A DNA stretch of 63,478 nucleotides, filler included, from Fonticula-like sp. SCN 57-25 (Eukaryota), in assembly GCA_001724245.1 (NCBI GenBank). It is 3 parts of 3 records of this genome, joined end to end, with 100 filler letters (N's around TTAATTAATTAA, not from the genome) between each part and the next. Parts side by side here need not be neighbours in the genome. Positions count along the whole stretch, not along the records: positions 21,329 to 44,958 come from MEDX01000085.1; positions 45,059 to 63,478 come from MEDX01000106.1; 1 more part is not named here. One strand, 5' to 3'. Positions 42,094 to 56,559 of this stretch are shown here, in pieces. Positions within the stretch are counted from its first letter, which is position 1, and every line of letters begins with the position of its first letter. The position numbers were made by a program, and so were the translations under genes. The notes beneath the pieces are model-generated. The model had not been told where the DNA came from. It saw only the letters and a program-made list of their open reading frames with translations, and did no database searches.

Positions 42094-43637
42094 GTCAGGC
42101 GGACAAACAGCACACAGAGCGACTCGTCAACAAAAAAAATATTTTAAAGAGAAGCAGCGCGCGATGCCAGCAAAGCGGTTGCGACCCGTTAGGTTGTGAC
42201 GAGGCAACACGCGTGTGTTTTCCTCGATGCAAATCCGCGGCAAAAAGAAAGGAGCGGGCGATTCGCGCCGCACTCAAGCGTCTCCTTGCCGCTACCTCTA
42301 CACCTGCGCCGGTTTTACGCCGACAGCAGCAGTGCTTCTCCGGAAAAGAGCGTAGAAACGTCGAGAAAAAACCCGACGGCAGCAGCCTTCGAGCGATTGG
42401 CAATCGGCAATGTGGGGTGCCACGAGTCAACAAAAAAAAAACGCGGCGGCGGCGGCGAAAAGCGGTTCTTTTCGTCTCTCCTCTTGACGAGCTCGGTCGC
42501 GCGGCTGGTAGGTCAGCGAGCGTGGCGCTGCGCGCAAAGGCTGGCCGATGCTTGGGGGGGGGGTCAAAACACTGCCTGGTGACCTGCGACAAAAAGAATG
42601 GCAAAAAATGGAAAAGTCCGAAAATGGCAATCTGACCGCGCAACTTTCGGTTGCTACGGCGGCCAATCGGACCAATCGTATCCAAGGGAGAGCCAATCAA
42701 AATCCGTTCTCGAACGCTTTGTTTTAGTGTTCCATTATCCACGTGGCCTTTCGGGTGGGTCTTCCTGCCTACTTTGGCCTGTCGAGCCTGGCAACACGAC
42801 GGGCTCGTGAGCTGGTCGATGACGCGCGGCTTGGCGATTGGCAGAAAAGGAAGGACACAAAACGTTTGACTGGGGTAGGGCGGGCTGCAAAGTTTCCCAT
42901 GACGTAATTCGTGGAAATCCCCACGTTTTACCCTGTAATCTCACTCGCATGGGAATCGCTGGGCTGGGGAGAAGCAAACAGAAGCAGGCAGAAGCTTATC
43001 ACAATTAAATAGGCACTAAGGATGATAGAAATGCGGCTGTTTGTCGCGCAAATGCCGCACATTCACCCTGTTGCCGTGACATCATAAAAATGCTATGGAA
43101 TACCCCTTGGTATTTCACCTAGTGACGCGGTTTGTTTGGCGCAATCGGGTTCCCCTCACGATTTCCCACCTTTTGATCACACTGCAACAAATTCTCCGGT
43201 GCGACCGGGTAGACCTCTCCCCCCACCCCCGGTCCGATCGCTATCCTGATCTCACTTTCGGGGTAGAAACAAACAACACACCCCTGAAATCCGGGCACAT
43301 CGGAATGCGGCATCGACCAATAGGCGCGCGCGCCAAGAGACTGCCCAACAGGAGCGCGTCCTCTGTGCCTGGCGGGCTCCAGCGAGCCAACCACCACTTT
43401 TGGCACTTCTCCTGGGGCAAGGTGGGAAAGAGGCTTAACTGGGAGGTCAAGAAGAAGAAAGAAGAAGACGAAGGAAGCAGTGGAAGGCGCCAGAAACCAA
43501 CTGCAGAATCAACATTCTGGATCTTGATGGCGCTCGGTGACCGGCGCTCAGCATCAGTTCATCATTGCGGATAAGTTTACAGGCGGAGCAGGGCAAGTAC
43601 GGGGTAGCTTAGGTGGGGGCGCAGGTAAAATATCAGC

Positions 43638-44442
43638 ATGGCCAAGACAACTGCAAAGCACCCGGCGTCCTCGCACGCCGACCTGATTATGGCGAGCATC
43701 CCGCAGGACAGGAAGGAGCGAATCAACCACCTGCTCACGCTAATGTCAGAGCGCGAGCAGAGCAACATCCAGGTGCTTGAGCAGCGATCGACCGCGGCGC
43801 TCATGAACGGCAGCGTACCGCAATGGCAGATACCGCAGATGCAAGCACAGCAGAATCACCGGCGGCAGCAGCAGAATCAATTACAGCAGCAGCAGCAGCA
43901 GCAGCAGAATCGGCAGCAGCAGCAACTTGAGGATCAGCTACAACTTCATGATGATCAGCAGCTGCAAGCTCAACTCAAAGAAGAGCCAACGGACCTCTCG
44001 CTCGACGCGTCGCCCTCTTTTTTCCCCTCGCCGGTCGATGTGCGCCCTCTTTTTTCTGATCTTTTCTGTTCTTTTCTTACCTTTTCCGCCTCAGACCTCC
44101 TTTGGCGGGCGCGGCCTGTCGCTTTCGCCCGAATTGTCGCCTTCCCCCCCACTTTCCCGCTCCGCCGTCGGCGCCTCGCTCGACCTCACCGAGCAGGAGC
44201 GCCTCATTCGGCGGCGGACGCAGAACCGCGAGTCTGCGCAGCGGCGGCGGCTGCGGCACCGCGAGATGCGGCGCGAGCTCGCCGATCAGAACGATCTTTT
44301 ATGGGGCCACGTGATGACGCTCAACAATATTGTTCACGTGGCCAAGGAGAAGCTTGCGTACTACGACCCGATGGCGGCGGCCGAAGTTGCCGTGCCGCCG
44401 CTGCCGTTCGAGCTGCGCGGGAACGGCGGGCTGTTCCAGTGA
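43638..44442 (+). CDS. bZIP transcription factor with Q-rich region
   Basis: Intron 44040-44094 joins the Q-rich exon to RRRTQNRESAQRRRLRH..L..L basic-zipper exon. Confidence 0.75.
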
Positions 44443-44958
44443 GATGTAGCTTTATTTAGGATATCCATATATGGTATACGAATATGCACGGTTATAGACA
44501 CGTGCTTGCATACAGTGTTTATTGAACGAGTTGTTGCGATCTGCGATGCGTTTTGTTTGGCTGCTGTGATATTATTGGGCAGAATGCCCCTAAAAAGTTT
44601 CCCTCTGCGAGGACGTCTTTTTCAAGTGCTTTGTTTTGTTTTTCCCGCGTTTTTCAATCAATCATTGTTTTGTCGTGTTTATCAACGCAATCCATCATTG
44701 TTTCCATATTTGTTTTCATACAGTATTGGTTTTCATATATTGTTGAATGCAATCCTATCACTGATTGTAGTCGTAGAATAGTTTGCTTTTAGCGCGCCTA
44801 TATGATTCGCGCTTGTCATCATCAATAAAACCAATTTTTATCATTTGCTCAATTGAATTATATGGGTGCCCCTCACCTAGTCAGAGAAAATTTTTGGAAA
44901 ATCTGAGAAATTGGATCCGATGATGGAAAACGTCTCATCCAAGTAAATTCATTGAACC

Positions 44959-45058
44959 NNNNNNNNNNNNNNNNNNNNNNNNNNNNNNNNNNNNNNNNNN
45001 NNTTAATTAATTAANNNNNNNNNNNNNNNNNNNNNNNNNNNNNNNNNNNNNNNNNNNN
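44959..45058. other. Artificial contig linker
   Basis: Same N44-TTAATTAATTAA-N44 structure as at 21229. Confidence 0.97.
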
Positions 45059-45085
45059 TTATTGCATGCTGACTTTTCGTGGTAG

Positions 45086-45195
45086 TGACGGCGGCGATGT
45101 CAAAGGGAGCGAATGAGATGCTTGTCAAGGTTGTGGCGGAAAGGGCGGTTGATGGCCACGTGGCGGATGCGGTGCGGAAGGCGGCGCGGTCGTAG
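45086..45195 (+). CDS. Probable last exon of an unidentified gene cut by the gap
   Basis: GCTGAC branch point and TAG acceptor, then GC-rich open frame TAAMSKGANEMLVKVVAERAVDGHVADAVRKAARS-stop, then AT-rich DNA. Confidence 0.4.
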
Positions 45196-45545
45196 ATTGC
45201 TTTTATATAAGAAAGAGGCGCAGTCTATTTTTATCTCAAAACAGGAATGTAATAATAACAAGAGTATTTCTCATTGGCTGAGCTTATATGGGCTGAAATA
45301 GAATGATGGGTAATATGGGTAGAATTGTTGCATACATGATGAATAGTGGCCATATTGCCCTGTGAATATGACCATATTGTCCTTTGAATATGACCATAAT
45401 ATATCTATATATTTTTTATGAATCATAGTATAAAGGCCTCAAATACTCATTCTGCTTATCATAACTGCTCCTCAAACCAATTAAATATATATATTCACTT
45501 TCCTCTCCTTCTCTACAATATAATGACTGTACATCTTTCTAACTC

Positions 45546-47875
45546 TTATTCGATTGGCAGCCCAGATGCGGCCGCACGCGCGTCACCAAGCGAGTTCCAT
45601 ATGACGTAGCTCTCAGAGTACACTTCGCGCACAACATTCAACTGCACAATGAACAGTCAGCATATGTGATTTGAGCCAATCAGAATGTACCTTTGCGTCT
45701 TCGCTTGGGTAGACGATGAGTGAACCGGGCGAAACATTCAGGCCACTCAGGGAAGTCTCTTGCATCTTGAACCGCAACTATAAATAGCATGATAAGTAAC
45801 GAGAGATAATGTAAAGATAGAGCAAATCATAAGCAAATATAGAGCAAATATTGTGTATATCGTAAGATAAAAGCCAATATACTGAGCATATCATATGCAA
45901 CATTCATATCATAGTCAATCAACCAAAATGATAAGTATTCAAACTAAAAGACATTCATATCGTCCACGTGGCCATACCCTGACGTAGCTGTTGTGATCGA
46001 CACAGAAAGGATCATTGTTATCATCCGCCTCATAGCTAAACCGCTCCTCACCCAGACTCTTCCCCTGACTCTGGGGCTGAATCTGCACACCGTGCCCCTG
46101 ATTCTGCCCCTGATTCTCATGCAAATCCTCTGGCGCCCCCAGCGGTGCAAAAGTGATTGTTCCCGGCAATGCCACTTCGCGCCCCTTTCCAGTGAACCGC
46201 TGCCCAATGTTCCAGATAAGGGAAGGCTGCGATGGGACCACGTGGACGACGCCCGCGGTCGGTTTCACGTCGGCGCTCGCGATCAGCCCGCGATGGCTGA
46301 AGGGGATCAGCACCTGGCAAAAGTCAAAGTCGCTCGACATGTAGTCGGCAAGCTTGAGCTGAATGAGAATTTGCACAGTGCGCGTGTCCACCATCTGAAA
46401 AGAGTAGGAGAAAGTGAGTAAAACGTGGGGGAAAAGAGGCAAAATGGACCAAAATGGGGCAAAATTGACCAATGGTCATTCCACACACTTTTCAAACACG
46501 TTTCACACACTTTTCAACCACATTATACCCCTTTTCAAACACATTTCAACCACATTTAATGCCTATTTTTCGCACCTTCATTTGGTAAAACCCTCTCACT
46601 GGCGGCTTCGGGATACTCGGTATCCTATACGACAGCAGCGGAAACACCTCCAACGGCGGCGAAAACACGACCGCACTCGACGCGTCAAAGTCTTCCTCTG
46701 CCTGCGCACACGCGTGCACGCGCACGTCGGCGACGGCGGCGGCGCCCGAAAAGGAAAGTGTGACGTCATTGACGCCGTTGAGTTCTGCTTTGCACATGAC
46801 TTGGCCGTGCGCTTCGACGACGTCAGAGATGTCGTCACTGTCGTACTGGAGCGCGCGGACTTCCTCGCGGATGGTGAGGGTGACGAGGGGGCGGGCATTG
46901 TGGAGGACAGTGGGGAGCCAGGCGGGTTGCTGAAAGGGAAAATGAGTAAGGGGGATGAAAATGAGGGTAAAAGTGGTGGTAAAATGAAAGGAAAGTGGGT
47001 AAAATGGGCACAAAAGTAGGTAAAATGAACACAAAATGACACAAAATGGACTTTAAATGTACAAAATTTGGGTCTATTTGACACAAATACTCATACACAC
47101 ATACAATCCCTACACATTACATACACACCACACACGAATACCCCATGCCCACAGTACACCAGACACAGAAACACAGCGCACCTTTTGGGTGAGTGGTGTG
47201 CGGTCGGGCTCCTTGCGGAGCTGGCTGCGCATCAAGGCGAGGTTCGTGTCGACGAGGCGGCCGAACGGGACGCAGTAGGCGAGGTGCACGTTGAGATCGG
47301 CCGCGCGCTCGGCGTGCGATGGCGCGGGTTCCCCGGTAGGCGATGCGGGCGGCGGGCGCATAAAGACGGAAATCTGGCGCAGGAGGACAGCCGACGCGGA
47401 AATGACCGGCGCGTCCACCATGAGCGTCTCGGGCTTGCCGTGCGTCACAACCGACGGGATGCACAGGTACACAAGGGGATCCTGTGCAGCGAGGAAAACG
47501 CGTCGGCATTAGACATGATCGCGTGTTCCTCGGCGGATCGTACCTCGGGCAGGCTCACGACGGGCCAGGCGGAGGCAAGGCTTTGGATGAAAGGCGGGCG
47601 CGTGAGGTGAGGCGCGCACGCCGCCTGGTACGTCGCCACCAGCTGCGCATCGGACGGCAGCTCGCTAGGGGGCGATCAGCTGGAACATCGGCACAACAAA
47701 AGAGCCGCACCGGTACGTCTCCCCCGACTCTATCTTGTGCCGCCGCTCGACAGTCTCATACCGCCTGTTCAATGCTGTGTGAGCGCTCACTAGCCTAAAA
47801 GGCGCGCGGAACGCACCGCGAGAAGAGCAGATCGCCGCTCGCGCCGTACAGGATCCACAGCCCTCTCAAGCTCAT
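45546..47875 (-). CDS. AP5M1: AP-5 complex mu subunit
   Basis: Spliced start MSLRGLWIL..LLFSRRYETVERR; WPVV; QPAW; IREEVRALQYD..G.VMCKAELNG; FSPPLE; PPVRGFYQMK; YVIWNSLG near the end. Confidence 0.85.
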
Positions 47876-47941
47876 CTCTATTCGAAAGCGGAACGATTCG
47901 ACGCGTCACGATTTTGGCGCGCATTTGTGACCGTCAGCAAG

Positions 47942-49346
47942 ATGGCGGGAACGGTCCCTGTGCGGGATCTGTGGCAGATGGCCTCTGTCCTGCAGTTCTT
48001 TAGCTCCTTTTCGGGGCTGACAAACATGGAGTTTCAGCCCGAGGAGCTCGAGAGCGCGCTCGAGGACACTGCGAGCACCCCCGCCGAGCTCTTGCAAAAC
48101 GCCACGAAGCGGCTCCTCGAGCTGTACCTCAACCGCAAGAAGCCGATCGAGTGCGCATTCCCTTGCTGCGGTGCTGCTGTACTTACACGTTTCACTCAAG
48201 GCGGAGCGCCATTGCGACGCAGCTCAAGCTTGTTGTTGACACGAACGCGTCCGATGTCGCCTCCATGCTCGGCACGGACGCGCTCGATCGCGGCGTCGCC
48301 GACTTTTTCTCATGGCCGGCCGCCGACAAGGCCAAGCTTTTGTACCTTCTCGTTTGCCTTGCGCTCGAGTCGAGCGATCTTTTACGTCAGCACATCAACG
48401 AGGCGCCCGAAGCGAGCGCCCTTCTCCGTGTCTCTGCCGTCGGCGAGGATGCCAAGGCTGCGCGCTACTACCAGCTCGGCCCCGACTCGACGCGCCTCTA
48501 CCGCCAGGCGTCGGCCACCGCGTGGGAGGTCGTCGCGACAACCCCAGAAGACCTCGAACATTTCCTGGAAACGTCGCTGCTCAGCAAGACGAACCGCAAG
48601 GAGCGCTTATTGAGGGCGTTTCTCGAAGACGAGGTGCTCCCTGGCTCCCGCGACCGTCGCCGGGTACGCCCATGCACACATGGCTGCTTGCCCATGAAAT
48701 GCGTTTCACTGACACGTGGCCGGTAGAAACTGGAGCTGCAGGCAAAGCGTCTCAAGCGCATCGCAAACAACCTCACTGGTCGCTACTCTGAGCCGCTCGT
48801 CATCGAAGGCTCCCGCCGGTCGTGCGTCTTTCCCGCTTTTTGTCGCCTTTCTGACGCACACGCAGGCGGCAGCCGGTCAACTACGCGAGCTGGTTTGATG
48901 ACGACGCGGCGTTCGAGCGGTCGATAGACGAGTACAATGACAAGCGGCCGGCGCGGCAGACAGCCAGGAGCGCCGCCGCCGCACCAGCACCGCCGCCGCC
49001 GCGGTCGGAACGGTACGCCTCGCGCAGGCGGGCCGCCGACGAGCGCGAGAGCAGCGAGGAAATTGTTGTAGAGAGCGACGCGGATGACGTGAACGCAGTA
49101 GAGGCGGCCGCGGCAGAGGACGACGGCGAGTCGGCCTATGAGGCGTCTGACGACGAAGCGGCGCAGCAATCGGGAAGCAGCAGCAGCAGCAGTGAAGAAG
49201 AGGAGGATGTTAGGCGGCCGACAAGGAGCGGCGCAAAGAGGCGGCACATTTCGGATGACGAAGAGACCGACGGCAGCGCAGAAGACACGCCGTCGGAAGC
49301 GGATTTGCACCAGGAAGAGTCGGACGAAGACGACTTTGAGGCGTGA
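47942..49346 (+). CDS. DDT-WHIM domain protein (ISWI partner, RSF1/CECR2/Ioc3-like), acidic tail
   Basis: LWQMASVLQFFSSF..EELESAL (DDT-like), KAKLLYLL (WHIM1), VGEDAKAARYY..RLYR (WHIM2), WEVVATTPEDL (WHIM3). Confidence 0.7.
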
Positions 49347-49577
49347 TTTTGTACATATTGTAACCATAGCTGTGTTCCATGCAATTTCGAAGGACAATGA
49401 AAGCCATTTGGGACTATTTTGGTCCGTTTCTGCAGTGCGTATTTGATATCCTATTTCTTTTCCCTGCGCTTTATTATCGCCACTTTACGCCCCGTGACAC
49501 CTTCAAGCGGTTCCCAATGGTACAATGCCACAAAACTAAAACAACCAATAAACAAACTAAACCAAAAAACTCTTTTC

Positions 49578-51084
49578 TCACCGCCTCGGCGCGCGCACTG
49601 GCCCGCTCGCCGGCACCCCGACGTCCGAATCAAGGTCCCTGAGCGGCACAATCGCCGTCGACAACCGCCTGAGCTTCATCGCCGAAATGGTCGGCACCCT
49701 TGCCGGCGTCTGCTTTGACGGCGTCGCGACATTCGCCGCCGACTGCGCGCTCGCCAGCGGCTGCCTCACTGGCGCCGCCGTCGTGTTGCTCGGCGGCGGC
49801 GCGCGCTTGGCGGCCGGCACAGGCGTGCGAACGGCGCTGCTCCTGGCAGCCACCGGCGTGGCGCGCTGGACGGGCGGCGGCGGCGGCTCCTTGCCGTACA
49901 CGGTGCGCAGCACCGACAGCACGGGCAGCACCGACGGGTCCTCTGGCGTGTCGCCCTCGTACTTTGACCGCGCGCGGACATTCGACTTACTGGGCACGCG
50001 CGTCAGGTCAGACTCGCTCGGCTCGTTCTCGAGAAGGTCCTCGGTGATGGCGTCCTTCCAGCGGATGCCGCGCACGCCGGCGGCGGGGACCTTGCCGACC
50101 TCGAGCACGTGGGCGCGGCCGATGAGGCCGGGCTGGGGGTAGAGGACAACGGGGGGCTCGTCGCGGATGTAGCGCATGACGAGCTTGAGCTTGCGCTTGT
50201 AGCCGCTGTTTTGGATCGTGTTCTCTTCGGCGACGCGGAGGTTCGCGTCCTCATCATACTGCGTGGCGTCAGTAATTGAGCAGAAAAGGGCAAAGAAAAA
50301 AAGAAAGCCAAAACACAATAGACAAGTGAAAAAATTTGCCTATTGCACTAATAAATTCAACAAAATTTACGTACTTCCGGCGGTGGTGACGCGGGTGGCG
50401 TCAACATGCGAGAGGCATCGCTCTGGGCGGCGGCGGCGTTCTCCGCGTCTACCATTTCGGCGGCGGCCTCGCGGTCCCGCTTCAGCTGCTGCAAAAGCAT
50501 TTGACGCGTTTTCCGCACATTCTCCAGCGCCTTTTGCTTTTCCTCCATTACGGATCCCTGCGTGACACGTAAGCGAAACCGCAAACCTCAAAAAAAGATC
50601 GTACCGTGCGACGCGATGCCGCCTGCGAATCATTAGTCGCCGGCTGCAAGGAGCGCTTTTTCAATGTTGTTTTGAACCGCCAGCGCGCCTGTATAAACAA
50701 AATGGTGCGCAGCGTGCGAGCATACTGCTTCCGTGCGACATGCGCGCGCCATGTCGCGGCGATCTTGGTGGCCGCGCGGTGCCGCAGGGATCGCTCACGA
50801 ACAAGCCGCCACCACTGCTGCACTTGCTGCGCCGCCTTTCGCTGCGCAACAAACACTTGCCTGAGCGGCAGCATGCGCATCCACGCCTGGATGCGATTGG
50901 CCGCGAGGCATGCCGCGACGGCGGTGCCATCAACCAGCAGGGTCCTCCTCCGGTTGCTCAAAAGCTCTCTCCGACGCAGCTCGGCACTGCTCGTGGGGCC
51001 AAAAAACACCTCGTCCTCCTCGTCATTGTCATTGCTGCAGAGGTAGATTGGCTCAGAGGTCGTCCAAAGCAGCGGACCGGCCAT
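49578..51084 (-). CDS. IQ-motif protein with DEVFFGP N-terminal motif and basic low-complexity tail
   Basis: IQAWMRM, VQQWWR, IAATWRAHVARKQY, IQARWR repeats; EDEVFFGP; two introns. Confidence 0.6.
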
Positions 51085-51640
51085 CGTGCAGCGGTCCACC
51101 ACCGGGGTCAGTGTTTGAATTTTCAACAATTCGTGTAACGGTTCAAGTAACGGATCAGATCTGATTGCATCTGATTTGTCTGATTTGATCTGATTGCTGC
51201 CAATCATGGCGGGATATTTGGCGGGATCTTGCCAGCATCGCCAGGATGTCCAAGAATGCACCTTTTATGCATAGAAAGACACTGCTCGAGACATGCAGAC
51301 ACAGCATGTGTTTAATAATATGGCTAAATCTCATTTTGTGCCCAATTTGTGCCCATTTAAGCCTACTTTCCTTTCCACATCCATGAAATTTGCGTGTAAA
51401 TGACAGTGTATTGGTGGTATGCGACAATAAATGTACGGAACCTGTAAACTCTACTGCATAGTGCGGCCTTGCAAAATCCTGCCGTCACCGTGCTTGTCTT
51501 CTTGGAACACCATCGATATGATACATGAACTCGGCATGGCAATAGAAGCCACTCTTGGTATGACACGGCACTTGAACAAAACATTTTTAAAACAAAGAGT
51601 GTAACGCGGTAGTCTAGTTATGCGGCGGTGAATAAGCGTT

Positions 51641-52729
51641 CTACTCGGTCTTGGCGGGGGCGGGCTTCTTGCCGTAGCTCTTCATGTAGAGCTGGATGAA
51701 GAGGACGAGGAAGGAGAAGAGGGTGAGCATGCCGAACCAGAAGCCAAACCACGAGCCAGAGCACTGGGTGCCGTTCAGCGTGTAGTACGCCCACGACAGG
51801 TTGCCGACAAGGTCGACGACAAACTGGGTAATCTGGACGCTCGTCACATACTTCTTCCACCAGACATCGACGTTGATGGCGCCGCAGGCGTAGTAGTAGT
51901 ACATGATCGTGTGCACGATCGTGTTGGCGACCGAGCAGAGCCACTGCATCGAGAGCTCGTCGTCAAGGCAGACCCAGCAGAGCCAGAGCGTGATGATGTG
52001 GTGGTAGGTGTGGAGCAGCTGCAGCGGTTTCTGTAAAACGCAGCGGGGTCAGTAAGGGCGGGCGGGATCGCGCGGGCGACGCACCTTGCGGAGGATCAGG
52101 ATGGCCGTGTCAACAAACTCGTACATCTTGGAGAGGTAGAAGATGTAGAACCAAAAGTACAGGGTCGTCTGCGGGTGGCGCTTGGCCGAGTCGCAGTTGA
52201 CGCCCTCGTAGCCGTGATCGACAGCAATGACGGCGATCTACCCTCAAGCGTGAGCGCGCGACATTAAACAGCTCGCCAGCGTACCTCGCGGATAATAGCG
52301 ACAGAGACGATGAGCGAAAAGCTGCTGAGAATGACGTTGTGGACGACCATGAGCCACTTGAGGTTGAGCGCATCGCGCTTCTTCATGTACTCGGGGCCGA
52401 GGAAGATCATGAGGAGGTAGCCAAAGCACGCCACGTGAGGGATGCGCTCCTGGTGGAGGCCGACGCGCGGCTCAAACTTAAAGTCCTTGATGTACTGCGC
52501 GTACTCGGTGTCGGCCAGGTACAGCGCAGCGCCAGAGATGGCCAGGATGACCAGCATCAGGTAACTAGCAGCCACGCATGCGTGTGAGCCCACGCGGATC
52601 CTCGGACAGTAAAGCGCATGCGTACGTTCCACCCCACCCCTGATTCTTGGGGCGCGCGACGCGCTTCTTCGCGTCGACCTTGTCGCCGCTAACCGGCGTC
52701 ACCGGCGCGGAAGCATGAGTCTCGGACAT
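51641..52729 (-). CDS. ELO/GNS1/SUR4 fatty acid elongase
   Basis: FYIFYLSKMYEFVDT, LHTYHH, NTIVHTIMYYYY, WWKKYVTSVQITQF; lysine-containing ER-type tail. Confidence 0.93.
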
Positions 52730-53277
52730 TTTCTTGCTCTCGCGGGTCAATCGGCAGTCAAGGACCGTGTGTACAAGGACAGCGTGCGCGGACCGATGAA
52801 AGTAGAGGGGGAACTGGGGCCTCACATGAGCAGTCCAAAAAAGGCAGTCTTCAAGCCTTATGACCATTTTGGGTGATTCGCCTGCTATATTAGGATATTA
52901 CTGGGTTGCGATTGCAATCGTACTCGATGCAAGAAACCAAAAAGAGACCTCACAGTGAACAAATCAAGAAAGGCATTGGGGTCGAGGGGACAAAACGCCG
53001 ATGCCAATGCCAGCCGCAGCGCAACCAATAAAGCGGCAACAGACATGTAAAGTGCAGTTACATGATACATTTAATGCGCGATATCCATATTTAGTGATCA
53101 ATATGGTTTATGTACATTGCGTCGTTCAATCCTGGCTCAATCACCATATCGTAGTGTAAAACCAAACAAATCGACCAAACTACGCGTTCAGCATCAAATT
53201 ATCAATATCTATGCGAGTAAAAAAGTATAGTCTGATATTTTTATTGCTGTTTTGGGTTCTTATTCATTCATCATTGC

Positions 53278-54463
53278 TTACGCGTCAGAGTCCTCGTCGT
53301 CATCGCCAGGGACATCGCGCGCGCGCGCCTCCTCCTCCTCCATAAGATCCGCCAGCTGCTTCTCGTCCGACTCGGTGACGGCGCGGGGCTAAAGACATGT
53401 CAATATACCATGCAAACTGCAAACTGACAAACGCACCTTGGCCTTGACGACAACGTCGCCGCCCGAGGCCTTGATGACCGCGTCCATTTTGGCGAGCGCG
53501 TCCTCCATGAGCTGGATGCCGTCGTTCTTGTCGAGCGCCTGGAGCGTCATGACGTACAGCGGCGCCGCAACAAGCTTGATCTGCACACGCAAACCGCCCT
53601 GTTAGCAGCGCGCCACACGCAAAAAGCGGCCAATAAGTACCTTGATTTCGTCGTCTTCCGTCGACATGGCCTCGCCGGCCTTGAGCGCGGCAATGATGGC
53701 GTCGATGCCATCGTACGAAAAGCACGTTACCTCAATGTCGGCACGGAGCTTGACGGCCTGCGGTGTTAGGCGGCGGCGAATGTTTGAGATGAGCTCCTCG
53801 CGGACGACCGGCGTCACATCCAGGCCCTCGAAAAGCTTGTCCGTCTCGCTGCAAACAAAAGCAAATGTCAGTTCACCTGCGTTGGCAATATGTTAAATGC
53901 GACGCACCTGATGGCGAGCTTGAAAGCATCGTACGCATGGCCATACTTTTTGTAGAGCGGCCAGGCGATCTGTTGGTACAGCTCCTCAAGAGGCTGATCG
54001 ACCTTCTCCGCGACGTGGCGCATGATGCTGTGCACAGCCTTGGACTTGTTGTACTTTTCTTCGCACTTGGCGATTTCCTCCGCAGAAACGCGGCGCTTAG
54101 AAAGATCAATGTAGCCTGGCGGCGTGTGAGCGGATCAGCGGCATGGGGCGAGGCACAACGCACCCTTGTCCTTGTCGACACGCAAAACGACCACGACTTC
54201 GTTGCGGCCAACGCGAATCAGCTTCTGTATGGAGCGAATACGCCGGCGCGACAACTCAGAAAGAAGAATCATGCCCTGAATGTTGTTGTACTCGAGAAGG
54301 TGCACATACGCGCCCATCTCGGCGATCTTTTAAAAGCATTCCCGTTAATCAACCGACATGGACATAAAAAATAGCAACGCACCTGTCTAACATTCACCAT
54401 GACGAGGTCATCCACCTCGGGAAGCTTGTTCTCGTACATGCGGCTCTGAAACTTGTCCCCCAT
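53278..54463 (-). CDS. EIF2S1: Translation initiation factor eIF2 alpha
   Basis: [41 protein letters not shown] (Ser51 site), [20 protein letters not shown]. Confidence 0.96.
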
Positions 54464-54723
54464 GGCTGCCGACCTCCCTCTTTCTCGACGCGGACACGCG
54501 GCAAAGACCTAAAGGATATGGTGGAACAAGCAAAATTCTCAATCGCGATCCAATTCATCTGAATCGCGATCAATTGCTTTGTGGTCACTGGGTGGTTTGT
54601 GTAGGGGAAGGACCTGTCAGTTGAAGCGGCGGCCTCCAGTCGAGTGCAGCAGTGTCCTGGAGCCCTCTCGCGCGCGGGAACACGCTCCGCTTTTTCACAA
54701 GACAAAGTAAAAAGCGCAGGATC

Positions 54724-55243
54724 ATGACGGCAACGAGGCGTCGGAGTGCGGCCAAAAGTGCCGCTGCGGCGGCGCCTGCCTCGTCGAGCAGGAATGACGC
54801 GGTCGTCAAGCATGAGACGCCTGACTTCGATAACGAAGAGGAGCTGGACGGGAACGCGGACGCCAAGCTGGAGCGGCGGCGCATGAGCCACGTTGCGTTT
54901 GAGCGCCGCAGACGGGAGGATCTGAGGGTCTGCTTTGAGAGGCTGGCTGCCACGACCCCGGGATGCTCAATGGACCAGGTCGCATCATCGAGCCGCCCGT
55001 ACAAGTGGTACGTCGCGGGTGAAAATATGTGTAGGTGCACGTTGTTTTGAATACTGACAGGGGTGCGCTAGCCATATTGTGCTCAAGACCATTGAACACG
55101 TCAAGAACCTCGAGGCGCAGATCGAGCAACTGAACGCGCGCCTTGCTGCCTCCACGGCCCAACTTCACGCCCTGGGGATAGTCAAGGAGGCGGCTATTCT
55201 AGAGTCGCAGCCGAAAAAAGCGGCAATTACCGAGCTGCCCTAA
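54724..55243 (+). CDS. bHLH-leucine zipper transcription factor (Max/Mlx/Myc network-like)
   Basis: RRMSHVAFERRRREDLRVCFERL; after one intron KCHIVLKTIEHVKNLEAQIEQLNARL. Confidence 0.8.
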
Positions 55244-55535
55244 TCGGCGGCCAGGGGCCCACCCACGCATATCCTTCCGTTGCATTTCTTTGGTGCTTCT
55301 TTCTGCTAGTGTTCTTCTGTTTCTGCTTTGGTGGTTTCTAGAACTTTATGTATATATTTAGACCTTTTTGTACTCGTTAGGCTGTACGCAATACATGGAT
55401 AATATGAAAATGGCTGACAAGTCCTGTTGCGGGGCGGACCATAACAAACGAATCAGCAAAATCAGGCAGTGATATCTGATTTTTATCACAAAGATGACCG
55501 TTGATTTCTCTATGAATGCCGTAGTGATCTTATAG

Positions 55536-56559
<1,024 letters not shown>

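Noticed and set aside
43095-43574. 159-aa ORF upstream of the bZIP gene
   Set aside because: No recognisable domain or coding bias; may be leader or intergenic sequence, and uORF control cannot be supported.
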